DNA of 20,000 nucleotides, from the IMG/VR virus record IMGVR_UViG_3300029317_000049. One strand, written 5' to 3'. Position numbers and translations under genes: made by a program. This DNA is from an uncultured virus (IMG/VR IMGVR_UViG_3300029317_000049) (Duplodnaviria > Heunggongvirae > Uroviricota > Caudoviricetes). The notes beneath the pieces are model-generated. The model was given only the letters and a program-made list of their open reading frames with translations, was not told the DNA's origin and ran no database searches. Below are positions 1 to 7,614 of the stretch, one piece after another. Position 1 is the stretch's first letter; each line of letters opens with the position of its first letter.

Positions 1-1
1 A

Positions 2-1165
2 GAACGCCATGGTTGGGATCATAACGGTAGTGCTGATTGGCGCAGTAAAGTTATTTACGATACCAACATGCGTCAAGCATATAACGCGGGGCGTTATGAA
101 CAACTGCAGCACTTTGACTTTTGGGAGTATCAACACGGTGACAGCATGTCACCGCGTCCTATGCATTTATCCTGGCATGGTTTGGTATTACCCAAAGCAG
201 ATTCATTTTGGGGAACTCACTTTCCGCAAAACGGCTGGGGCTGTAAATGCAAAGTACGTGGCCGTACCCAAGATTACATAGACCGTAAAGGCATTAAGGT
301 AGGTAAATCGCCTAAAAAGGAACTTATTGATTGGACTGATAAAGTGACTGGCGAAGTACATCAAATACCAAAAGGCATAGACCCTGGTTTTGATTATGCC
401 CCGCAAAAAAGTGCAGTTAAACAAAAGCAAAAGAAAGTAGCTACCCAAAAAGCTAAGCCCTATGAGCCACCACCACGCATTGCGCCAACCGCTTTTAGTA
501 CAGTGCCCGGTGCAGACATTCATGCCTTAAATAAAAAGCTTAGCGAGTTTGCACCGGCTAAAGCCCGTTTAGATCTTCTTGGTCAATTTTTAAATAAACA
601 CGACATTAAAACCTTGTTTCTCAAACAAGCTGAAATGGGCGCTAAAACCAAAGCATCACGTAACTTAGCACCACAAGTTCAGCCGTACTTAAATTTGGGT
701 AGTGCAACGCATAGCTATTTCACCACCCGTAATGCATCAAGAACAAATGGCTTTACCTGGCGCAATAAAAATCATGTGGTTGTTAAAGTGAAAGCATCAA
801 CCCGATTTAATAAAGTGGTGTTTGAAGAACTCAGCGAAGCAGTAGAAAATGCTATATTATTAATGCGTGAAGGTGATAAGCAATGGTCACTTTCTCATAT
901 TGTAAGAGTAGCCAGTGAAAGCCGTGAACATGGTGGCGCTTTGGTGACTTGGCTACATGAAATTGGCCACCAAGTACATTACAAAGCGGGTAAGCCGAAA
1001 ATGCCAGTGCCCTATGGTTATGGTGTTACCCAGTATAGTTTAATTAATGATTTTGAATGGCACGCAGAGCACTTTGCCATGTGGTTACTCAATCGCGAAG
1101 CTTTAGCCAAGTGGGATGAAGGTATCGCAGTATATTTTGATAAATTAATGAAGGCAGCACTTTAA
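2..1165 (+). CDS. muF: MuF (Mu gpF / SPP1 gp7 family) minor head protein with C-terminal HExxH zinc metallopeptidase extension; 5'-partial
   Basis: Frame is open from position 2 (ERHGWDHNGSADWRSKVIYDTNMRQAYNAGR). MuF motifs: IYxTNxxxAYxAGR, RPxHxxWHGLVLPxxDxFW, PxNGWGCKC, GIDPGFDY. C-terminal HEIGH (956-970) and EWHAE (1055-1069). Confidence 0.9.
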   Translation, partial: ERHGWDHNGSADWRSKVIYDTNMRQAYNAGRYEQLQHFDFWEYQHGDSMSPRPMHLSWHGLVLPKADSFWGTHFPQNGWGCKCKVRGRTQDYIDRKGIKVGKSPKKELIDWTDKVTGEVHQIPKGIDPGFDYAPQKSAVKQKQKKVATQKAKPYEPPPRIAPTAFSTVPGADIHALNKKLSEFAPAKARLDLLGQFLNKHDIKTLFLKQAEMGAKTKASRNLAPQVQPYLNLGSATHSYFTTRNASRTNGFTWRNKNHVVVKVKASTRFNKVVFEELSEAVENAILLMREGDKQWSLSHIVRVASESREHGGALVTWLHEIGHQVHYKAGKPKMPVPYGYGVTQYSLINDFEWHAEHFAMWLLNREALAKWDEGIAVYFDKLMKAAL

Positions 1166-1395
1166 TGAATATGCTTGAGAAGTTAAGACAACAAAAAGTT
1201 AGTCGTGAAAATGCGAATGAAGCGGTAAGCGTAATTAACGATAAGTCGCTTAGCTTTAGTGAAAAGGTTAAGCGTGTGCAAGCACTTGAAGCCGAATCTT
1301 CTGCAGCTGAGCAAGTGCTTTTTGCTGAGGTTTATTCTAGTTTACATGGCATGGCCATCACACCAGAAGACATTAATTTAATGGCGGGTGTTTAA
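1165..1395 (+). CDS. Small helical protein, candidate immunity protein for the MuF peptidase
   Basis: 76-aa ORF coupled by TAATG overlaps to both muF (1163-1167) and G (1393-1397); sits where Mu has no gene. Function inferred from position only. Confidence 0.55.
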   Translation: MNMLEKLRQQKVSRENANEAVSVINDKSLSFSEKVKRVQALEAESSAAEQVLFAEVYSSLHGMAITPEDINLMAGV

Positions 1396-1829
1396 TGGCT
1401 GGTGGTTTTGTTTCAGTTGATGTCATTGGCACCAAGTCGATAGCCAATGCATTAAACCGACTGTTAAGACAAGGCAGTGATTTAAGTCCAGCTCTTCGAG
1501 AAATAGGCGAACAGGTACTTGAGTCAACCCAACAACGTTTTACTGAAATGGTATCACCTGATGGTGAAGCATGGGATCCATTATCACCCCGCACCTTAGC
1601 CAAGAAGAACCGTCCAGACCGAATACTGACCGAAACAAGCATCTTAGCTGATACCTTAAACTTCCAACTGGGTAACGACCAAGTAATGATCGGCTCTAAT
1701 CTAGACTATGCCGCTACCCATCAATTTGGCCGTGAAGCCGATGGTATTCCCGCCCGACCTTTTTTAGGACTTGCGCCATTCGAGCGTGTTGAAATTTTAG
1801 AGATATTACAAGCACACTTAATCGATTAG
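1395..1829 (+). CDS. Phage virion morphogenesis protein (Mu gpG / P2 gpS-like)
   Basis: Motifs RFxxxxSPDGxxWxPLS, ILxxTxxL, GSNxxYAAxHQFG, IPARPFLG; position between F and I. Confidence 0.9.
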   Translation: MAGGFVSVDVIGTKSIANALNRLLRQGSDLSPALREIGEQVLESTQQRFTEMVSPDGEAWDPLSPRTLAKKNRPDRILTETSILADTLNFQLGNDQVMIGSNLDYAATHQFGREADGIPARPFLGLAPFERVEILEILQAHLID

Positions 1830-1830
1830 T

Positions 1831-1940
1831 TAACAGCGCCTAAAACGCCTTTTTAGCGATTAAACGCTATAAGTCGCCTAATGATATTCAAATTGAACTT
1901 TAAGCGCTGTATGCGTTTTATAAAAACTTTATAAAATAGC
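1831..1940. other. Candidate strong gyrase site (SGS)-like region in the G-I intergenic space
   Basis: Phased 10-bp AT/GC alternation at 1831-1880 and an AT-rich palindrome at 1916-1936; same genomic position as the Mu SGS. Confidence 0.45.
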
Positions 1941-2009
1941 TCTATGGCTGATTTTAGTCTGTCAAAACCACTACTAGCATTTACCCCTCTCAAAGCAGTT
2001 GAAAATTAC

Positions 2010-2057
2010 TAACTCAGGTTAATATTTAAAACCGCTCGATGTTGTCATTCTGGCAGC
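2010..2057 (+). promoter_or_regulatory. Putative Mor/C-activated late promoter (P_I-like)
   Basis: Dyad TAAC-TCAG-GTTA at 2010-2021, -10-like CATTCT at 2046-2051, no clear -35 and no Shine-Dalgarno before ATG 2058. Confidence 0.45.
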
Positions 2058-3227
2058 ATGAAAAAAATACTTAACACAAAAATCAAACTACACCCCATTG
2101 CCGTTTTATCTGCGTCTAATGTTGGCGCTCAAAATATCGCTATTTTGGGTGCTGAACTTATTACGCAAGAAAGCGGTTTGGTTCAATTACTTCCTTCAGG
2201 AAAATTTAATGCTGTTGATGGTCGTCCTGCAGACGTAGCCGATAATCATTGGTTAATGGATGAAATTGCTTTTCAAGCATTAAAAGCCAATACACCACAC
2301 CAAGAAGGTGATTTGGTTATTGACTATGAACACCAAACTCTTAAAGCCCCGGTAAACGGACAACCTGCAATCGCGTCGGGCTTTTTTAATATTGACGATG
2401 TGCGTTTTATTGAGGGTAAAGGTTTATTCATAAAGCCTAAATGGACTGAAAAAGCACAAGCGCATTTGAGCGCCGGTGAATACAAATATATTTCTGCCGT
2501 GTTTGGTTATGACGCAACCACTGGCCGACCTACCTATTTACATTCTGCTGCATTGGTTAATCGCCCAGGCGTTGATGGCATGAAGCCATTAACACTGCTT
2601 GCTGCAGATTTGTACTTAAAAAAAACCAATACCAACAACCAAAAGGACACTGCCGTGAATCCAATATTACTGGCGATATTACAAGCCTTGGGAATTAAAG
2701 TGGACGGTGATTTACCCACCGAGCCTGCTGCCCTAAGTGCACTAAACACACAAGTAACAACTGCCTTGGCAGCGTTACAAGCAGATGCAGGCAAAGTTGC
2801 TTCACTTAATGACCAAGTTGCTGTGTTAAGCGCAGGTCAAGCGAACCCTGCCACACATGTTCCAATTGCGGCGATTACTGAATTGCAAAACACAGTTGCT
2901 GCGCTACAAGCACAAGTAAGTGGTGGCGAAGTTGAAAAACTGGTTCAGCAAGGCTTAGCCGATGGTCGCATCATTGCTTCAATGGAAGGTTGGGCTACAG
3001 AGTTAGGCAAGCAGTCTGTTGCACAGCTTCAAGCTTATTTAGATAAATCAGCACCTATTGCCGCGTTAAGCGGTAAGCAGACAAAAGACTTAAACCTTGA
3101 TGCTGAAGGCAACAAGTTAACGGGCGTTGCAGCACTGAGCGCCGAAGACAAAGATGCAGCAACTGCGCTTGGTATTTCTCATGAAGATTTTGCCAAGCAA
3201 AAAGATGCTGAATTAGGAGCTAAATAA
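2058..3227 (+). CDS. Mu gpI-like prohead protease with C-terminal scaffold (Z) domain
   Basis: Motifs QLLPxGxFxxxDGRP, LVIDYEHQT, WTxxAxxxxxxGEYKYISAVF, SAALVNRP; Ala/Leu/Gln-rich helical C-terminus; directly upstream of the major capsid gene. Confidence 0.92.
   Translation: MKKILNTKIKLHPIAVLSASNVGAQNIAILGAELITQESGLVQLLPSGKFNAVDGRPADVADNHWLMDEIAFQALKANTPHQEGDLVIDYEHQTLKAPVNGQPAIASGFFNIDDVRFIEGKGLFIKPKWTEKAQAHLSAGEYKYISAVFGYDATTGRPTYLHSAALVNRPGVDGMKPLTLLAADLYLKKTNTNNQKDTAVNPILLAILQALGIKVDGDLPTEPAALSALNTQVTTALAALQADAGKVASLNDQVAVLSAGQANPATHVPIAAITELQNTVAALQAQVSGGEVEKLVQQGLADGRIIASMEGWATELGKQSVAQLQAYLDKSAPIAALSGKQTKDLNLDAEGNKLTGVAALSAEDKDAATALGISHEDFAKQKDAELGAK
2655..3227 (+). CDS. Nested in-frame scaffolding protein (Mu gpZ-like), 190 aa
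   Basis: AAGGA at 2643-2647, 7 nt before an in-frame GTG (2655) that follows a low-complexity linker (KKTNTNNQKD); matches the Mu I/Z arrangement. Confidence 0.7.
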   Translation: MNPILLAILQALGIKVDGDLPTEPAALSALNTQVTTALAALQADAGKVASLNDQVAVLSAGQANPATHVPIAAITELQNTVAALQAQVSGGEVEKLVQQGLADGRIIASMEGWATELGKQSVAQLQAYLDKSAPIAALSGKQTKDLNLDAEGNKLTGVAALSAEDKDAATALGISHEDFAKQKDAELGAK

Positions 3228-3229
3228 TC

Positions 3230-4147
3230 ATGATTGTTACTTCAACAACACTTAACGCTTTGCGTACTGGTTTTAGTAAACATTTTCAAGACGGTAAAAA
3301 TGGTGTTAAACCACAATTTACTAAAATTGCCACAATTATACCTTCAACAACAGCCACTAATACTTATGGCTGGTTAGGTGAATGGCCAGGCTTTAGAGAA
3401 TGGATTGGTGATCGTGTTCACAAGTCAATGAAAGAGCGAGATTACACCATTGCTAACAAAGACTGGGAAAGCTCAGTAGATGTACAACGTAATCATATTG
3501 AAGATGACCAGCTGGGCATTTACGACCCTATGTTTAAAGAAGCTGGCCGTGCAACTGAATTGTTTCCTGACGAATTGGTATTTCCACAATTGGCATTAGG
3601 TGAAACAACCACTTGTTACGACGGTCAGTTCTTCTTTGATTCAGACCATCCAATCAATGCAGAAGTTGATGGTAGTGGCGCTGATGTTAGCGTGACAAAC
3701 ATGATAGTTGATGTCGTTTATACAGGCGACACCTGGTACATGATGTGTACTAGTCGTGCTTTAAAACCAATTATTTATCAAGAACGCAAAAAGCCACAAT
3801 TTACAGCGATGACAGCCTTAACTGATGAAGCCGTTTATACAGCGAAAAAGTTCCGTTATGGCATTGATTTACGCAGTAATGCTGGTTTTGGTTTTTGGCA
3901 AATGGCTATCGCAATCAAAGCCGCACCTACGCCTGATGTTATTTGGCAAGCGATGGAGTTGATGAAGTCTTTCACTGCTGATGGTGGTCGTAAGCTTGGT
4001 CTAGTGCCTGATTTAATTGTTGCTCCATCATCTATTGAAAAAACACTAACACGCATTTTAGAGCGAGAGCTTTATGAAGAAAATGGCGCAGCAGTAACTA
4101 ATGAGCTTAAAGGTAAGTTTGAATTGCTTGTAGCACATCAACTTTAA
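3230..4147 (+). CDS. Mu gpT-like major capsid protein
   Basis: Motifs NTYGWLGxxPxxREWIGDR, IEDDxLGIY, CYDGQxFFDxDHP, KPIIYQERK, GFGFWQMA; SD AGGAG upstream. Confidence 0.95.
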   Translation: MIVTSTTLNALRTGFSKHFQDGKNGVKPQFTKIATIIPSTTATNTYGWLGEWPGFREWIGDRVHKSMKERDYTIANKDWESSVDVQRNHIEDDQLGIYDPMFKEAGRATELFPDELVFPQLALGETTTCYDGQFFFDSDHPINAEVDGSGADVSVTNMIVDVVYTGDTWYMMCTSRALKPIIYQERKKPQFTAMTALTDEAVYTAKKFRYGIDLRSNAGFGFWQMAIAIKAAPTPDVIWQAMELMKSFTADGGRKLGLVPDLIVAPSSIEKTLTRILERELYEENGAAVTNELKGKFELLVAHQL

Positions 4148-4193
4148 ATACGGTTGAGTTAACTGGGTTAGATATACCTTTCCCTGGGTGTTT

Positions 4194-4224
4194 GGCCACC
4201 AACGAGTGTGGTGGCCTTTTTTTT
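4194..4224 (+). terminator. Rho-independent terminator after the major capsid gene
   Basis: GGCCACCA (4194-4201) / TGGTGGCC (4209-4216) 8-bp stem with 7-nt loop, followed by T8. Confidence 0.85.
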
Positions 4225-4245
4225 AATATTAATTGAGTACACAAA

Positions 4246-4854
4246 ATGACTAAATTAACACTGGTTGCTATAGCTGTTATTTGTTCAAGACCTTCAGGTT
4301 ATCGTCGAGCAGGTTTTTCCTTAAATCAAGGTGAGAACTTAATAGATGCTAACAAAACACAATATGACGCATTAGATGCTGATAAACACTTAACAGTTTC
4401 AATGGTATCGGACAACGTAGAGTTTGATGATGCCCCTCTTAATAATGGTGATTTAGAAGACCAAATTACAATCTTGAAAAATAAAGTGACCGAGTACTCA
4501 TCGATGTTGTCAACCGCATATGACGACATTAAAGAACTTGAAGAGCAGCTTGCCACTGCTTTAGCGGCTAACAGTGATCATAAAGTGAATGTTGGTGAAA
4601 TCGGTAAGGTTGTCGAAATGGATTTTTCTTGGGCACCTGAGCCATTAGCGCCTTGGATTGCAGCTCTCCATGAAATGCACACACAAACGCCTTTAACTAA
4701 ACGCCCTACGGTTGCAGAGCTAGAAGTTGAAGTACCTGGTGATGGTGAGCGTGAAGCTTTTATGCATAAACCAACTGCAGCTCAAGCTGATGAAGCTTGG
4801 GCTTACTACTCAGATAACGTTATTAATCACGTTCCTGATAGCGCTAAAGGTTAA
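4246..4854 (+). CDS. Mu gp35 / FluMu HI1506-like protein with coiled-coil and C-terminal helical extension
   Basis: N-terminal GYRRAG...LxADxxLxV pattern; heptad-like middle; position right after the capsid gene. Confidence 0.65.
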   Translation: MTKLTLVAIAVICSRPSGYRRAGFSLNQGENLIDANKTQYDALDADKHLTVSMVSDNVEFDDAPLNNGDLEDQITILKNKVTEYSSMLSTAYDDIKELEEQLATALAANSDHKVNVGEIGKVVEMDFSWAPEPLAPWIAALHEMHTQTPLTKRPTVAELEVEVPGDGEREAFMHKPTAAQADEAWAYYSDNVINHVPDSAKG

Positions 4855-4859
4855 TCACT

Positions 4860-5279
4860 ATGTTGTATTGCAGCAAGCAAGGTTTAATTGACCGCTTTAG
4901 TGAAGATGAATTAGTTCAACTTACTGACCGTGACAGTTTAGGCGTTATCAATGATGAAGTACTAAACAGAGCGATTGAAGATGCCAGCACTGAAATGGAC
5001 GCGTATTTATCGCGCTTCAATTACAGTGCTGACAACTTGCCCAAGTCACTTAAACCGCTTGCTTGCGATATTGCTCGTTATCGTTTGTACGATGAAGAGC
5101 CAATTGAGCATATAACTACTCGCTACAACAACGCCATTAAGTTTTTAAAAGCCGTTAATAAAGGTGAAATCACTATTGGTACCACCGATGCTGATACTGA
5201 AGTAACCAGTACTGATTTAGCTGAAATGCAAAGTGCTGGCACTGTGTTCTCTCGTGACAAATCCAGCGGTTTTATTTAG
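4860..5279 (+). CDS. Mu gp36 (DUF1320)-like head-tail adaptor
   Basis: YCxxxxLxxRFxxxELxQLTD, AIxDAxxExDxYL, CDIARYRLY, RYxxAIxFL motifs. Confidence 0.9.
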   Translation: MLYCSKQGLIDRFSEDELVQLTDRDSLGVINDEVLNRAIEDASTEMDAYLSRFNYSADNLPKSLKPLACDIARYRLYDEEPIEHITTRYNNAIKFLKAVNKGEITIGTTDADTEVTSTDLAEMQSAGTVFSRDKSSGFI

Positions 5280-5289
5280 GGGCTAAGCA

Positions 5290-5724
5290 ATGATTGATGA
5301 AATTATTACTCAGTTAACAGCCGCCACCTTAAATGATAAGCCTTTATATAAAAACGTTGAAGAAGCCATCGATTTAGCGACAGCAATGAAAGGCAGCATA
5401 AAAAATTCACCGGTTGCTTATGTTATTGAGATAAACCGTCGCCCTGGTAAAAATGCTCGGGACATGGGGCCAGCTTTACAAAAAATAAGCACCACCATTG
5501 GCGTAGTTGTCGGCATTAGCAAACGAAATGATGTTAGCGGACTGAAAGCGAAAACGATGGCTGAGCCAATACTCAAAGAAACCCGTAACGCCTTATTTGG
5601 TTTTACCCCCAATGGCGCTGAGCCACTGTTACTTGGTGCTGCAGATATCATCGGTACAACTGACCATGCACTGTGGACGTTAGAGCGATTTACCACTGAA
5701 CATTTTGAGGAAGCAAGCCAATGA
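5290..5724 (+). CDS. Tail terminator / neck protein (Mu gp37 position)
   Basis: Size, position between adaptor and tail tube, PxAYV and RxALxGxxP patterns. Confidence 0.6.
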   Translation: MIDEIITQLTAATLNDKPLYKNVEEAIDLATAMKGSIKNSPVAYVIEINRRPGKNARDMGPALQKISTTIGVVVGISKRNDVSGLKAKTMAEPILKETRNALFGFTPNGAEPLLLGAADIIGTTDHALWTLERFTTEHFEEASQ

Positions 5725-5903
5725 GCAAACCAACACTATTAAACAAACGCCAAGGCGGCAGCTATACCAAAAACCCCGAAACGGGTGAAATCAACTTGAT
5801 AGAGCAAACCACGCATCAAGAAATCACCGGTTTTGAAAATGTAGGTTCGACTTCAGTCGTACAAGCCGTCAAATCACCAGCTAAAAAAGCCCAGGCTAAA
5901 TAA
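5721..5903 (+). CDS. Small hypothetical phage protein
   Basis: 60 aa, ATGA overlap with the upstream stop, SD GAGG, GGSY...GxxxLxxxT pattern of small genes before tail tube genes. Confidence 0.6.
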   Translation: MSKPTLLNKRQGGSYTKNPETGEINLIEQTTHQEITGFENVGSTSVVQAVKSPAKKAQAK

Positions 5904-5914
5904 GGACGCTAACC

Positions 5915-6835
5915 ATGAAATTTAGTGAAAAATTATTACTCGCAAAAATTGAAGCCACTTATGGCGTAGATTCGTCACCCGGTGCAACCAATGCCATTTT
6001 AGCGAAAGACGTTGAGCTAACACCGCTTGAAGCGGAAGCCTTAGAACGTGGTTTAGTTAAACCGTATTTGGGCGCTGATGAATCTATTATCAGCGGTGAG
6101 CATGTGCTTATTAGCTTTAAAATCGAATTTCAAGGCAGTGGCACAGCGGGAACAGCTCCCGCATGGGGGCCTTTAATCCGCGCCTGTGGTTTTGCCGAAA
6201 CGATTGCGGCAGTAACGTCTGTTGAATATGATTTAGCGGCAAGTAATTACGAAAGTGCCACGCTGTATTTCAATATGGGCAAGAACCTACACGCCATGAA
6301 AGGTGCACGCGGTAATGTCAAAGTTAGTTTAGAAAAAGGCATTCCGTACCTAGAATTTAATTTTATTGGCCTTTGGGTAGATCCAACCCAAGTTGCTGCA
6401 GTAACGCCAAATTGGTCACTTTGGCAAAAACCGACACCAACGGGTGTTGGCCGCACTTCAGGTTTTAGCATCAATGGCTTTGCCGCTAAACCTTACAAAC
6501 TATCGGTTGATGTGGGTCAAGACGTTAAATTTATTGAAACATTAACGACGCAAAGCGTTGATATTAATGAGCGTAAAGCCAGCGGTTCAGTCAGCATTGA
6601 AGCGCCTGACTTGTCAGTTAAAGATTTCTTTAGTGATGCTAAAAACTCCACTACGGGTGCCTTGGCTATTCAACACGGCCAAGTGTCTGGTCTTATCTGC
6701 AAAATTGATTGCCCTAAAGTACAAGTTAAAGCCCCGAAATATGGCGATAACGAAGGCACGGCCAGTTTAGATATGGATTTGATCTTAATTCCGACCAGTG
6801 CCGGCAACGACGAAATAAAATTGACCTTAACTTAA
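5915..6835 (+). CDS. Major tail tube protein (non-contractile tail)
   Basis: LLAKIExxYGxD, GSGTAGTAPAWGPLxRACG, GARG motifs; no sheath gene anywhere in the tail module. Confidence 0.85.
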   Translation: MKFSEKLLLAKIEATYGVDSSPGATNAILAKDVELTPLEAEALERGLVKPYLGADESIISGEHVLISFKIEFQGSGTAGTAPAWGPLIRACGFAETIAAVTSVEYDLAASNYESATLYFNMGKNLHAMKGARGNVKVSLEKGIPYLEFNFIGLWVDPTQVAAVTPNWSLWQKPTPTGVGRTSGFSINGFAAKPYKLSVDVGQDVKFIETLTTQSVDINERKASGSVSIEAPDLSVKDFFSDAKNSTTGALAIQHGQVSGLICKIDCPKVQVKAPKYGDNEGTASLDMDLILIPTSAGNDEIKLTLT

Positions 6836-6914
6836 AGTAATCAAGGACGTTGAAGGCGTAGCTTCGCTGGAGTCAGGTTTCTTTGGCAAGGATGCCACCT
6901 TAATCCCTTTTAAT

Positions 6915-6939
6915 GGCTGTTTAAACAGCCTTTAATTTT
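6915..6939 (+). terminator. Palindrome/hairpin, possible terminator or attenuator after the tail tube gene
   Basis: Perfect 16-bp palindrome GGCTGTTTAAACAGCC (6915-6930) followed by TTTAATTTT. Confidence 0.5.
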
Positions 6940-6952
6940 ATAGAGAGTTCCC

Positions 6953-7276
6953 ATGTTTACAATAATGAATAATCCCATTGTGTGGTGGCCTGTTGTTATT
7001 AACATGCCAATTGATGGTGGTGAAACATCAAAGCACGAAGTCAGTTTGCAGTTCGAAATTTTAACCGAAGATGAATATGACGAGATAGTAGTAAAGGGTG
7101 AGAAAGCTATTTTAAAACGTGTCATTAAAGCGTGGAAACATATTGATGATATTGACAAAAAGCCCCTTGAATTCACCGTTGATAATCTGGATATGTTATT
7201 GAAAAAAAGCTTTGTACATCGTTCATTTATGGTTGGTTATCTCAACGCCGCTATTGGTGAAGTAGTAAAAAACTAA
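6953..7276 (+). CDS. Tail assembly chaperone (lambda gpG equivalent)
   Basis: Between tube and tape measure; WWPVxIxxPxDGG motif; ends in KN-stop over a slippery heptamer. Confidence 0.85.
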   Translation: MFTIMNNPIVWWPVVINMPIDGGETSKHEVSLQFEILTEDEYDEIVVKGEKAILKRVIKAWKHIDDIDKKPLEFTVDNLDMLLKKSFVHRSFMVGYLNAAIGEVVKN

Positions 7277-7304
7277 CAGCCGCTGCTAAAGACTGGGCAG
7301 CGGC
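7267..7304 (+). other. Programmed -1 ribosomal frameshift signal
   Basis: A-AAA-AAC (7267-7273), then a 5-nt spacer and 8-bp stem GCCGCTGC (7279-7286) / GCAGCGGC (7297-7304); the -1 frame is open into ORF 7336-7614. Confidence 0.85.
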
Positions 7305-7614
7305 ACCTCTTGTAGAGAGCAGCACAATTAAAGAGATGAAAGCCCACGGTGCACCCAAGGAAATTATCGACGAGTTAACCAAAGTGAAAAACTTTGGCGT
7401 GTTCCCACAAAATTGGCCCGTTGTTGTGTGGTTTGTTCAAGTTTGCGATTTGATGCGCTATCGCAGTGACGGTGCATGTTTAGGGCTTGATTTACCACAA
7501 ATTGAGTCAGACGCAAAGCTAAGTGAACGATGCTTTACCAAAGCACATTACAACGGTTTGCGCATCATGAGTAGGGCAGCCGCTAGAGCATTAAATAAGG
7601 TAAATGATGACTGA
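7273..7614 (+). CDS. Frameshifted C-terminal part of the tail chaperone (gpGT equivalent, DUF1799-like)
   Basis: -1 frame reads LTAAAKDWAAAP...MKAHG; VxPxNWxxVxxF...GLD...LRIM pattern. Confidence 0.75.
   Translation, partial: LTAAAKDWAAAPLVESSTIKEMKAHGAPKEIIDELTKVKNFGVFPQNWPVVVWFVQVCDLMRYRSDGACLGLDLPQIESDAKLSERCFTKAHYNGLRIMSRAAARALNKVNDD

Noticed and set aside
68..70. ATG 68 as the start of muF
   Set aside because: The frame is open to the window edge and the conserved IYxTN motif lies upstream of this Met.
4148..4193. Possible small RNA before the capsid terminator (TTCCCTGGGTG)
   Set aside because: No promoter or extra structure could be supported; it is explained as a 3' UTR.
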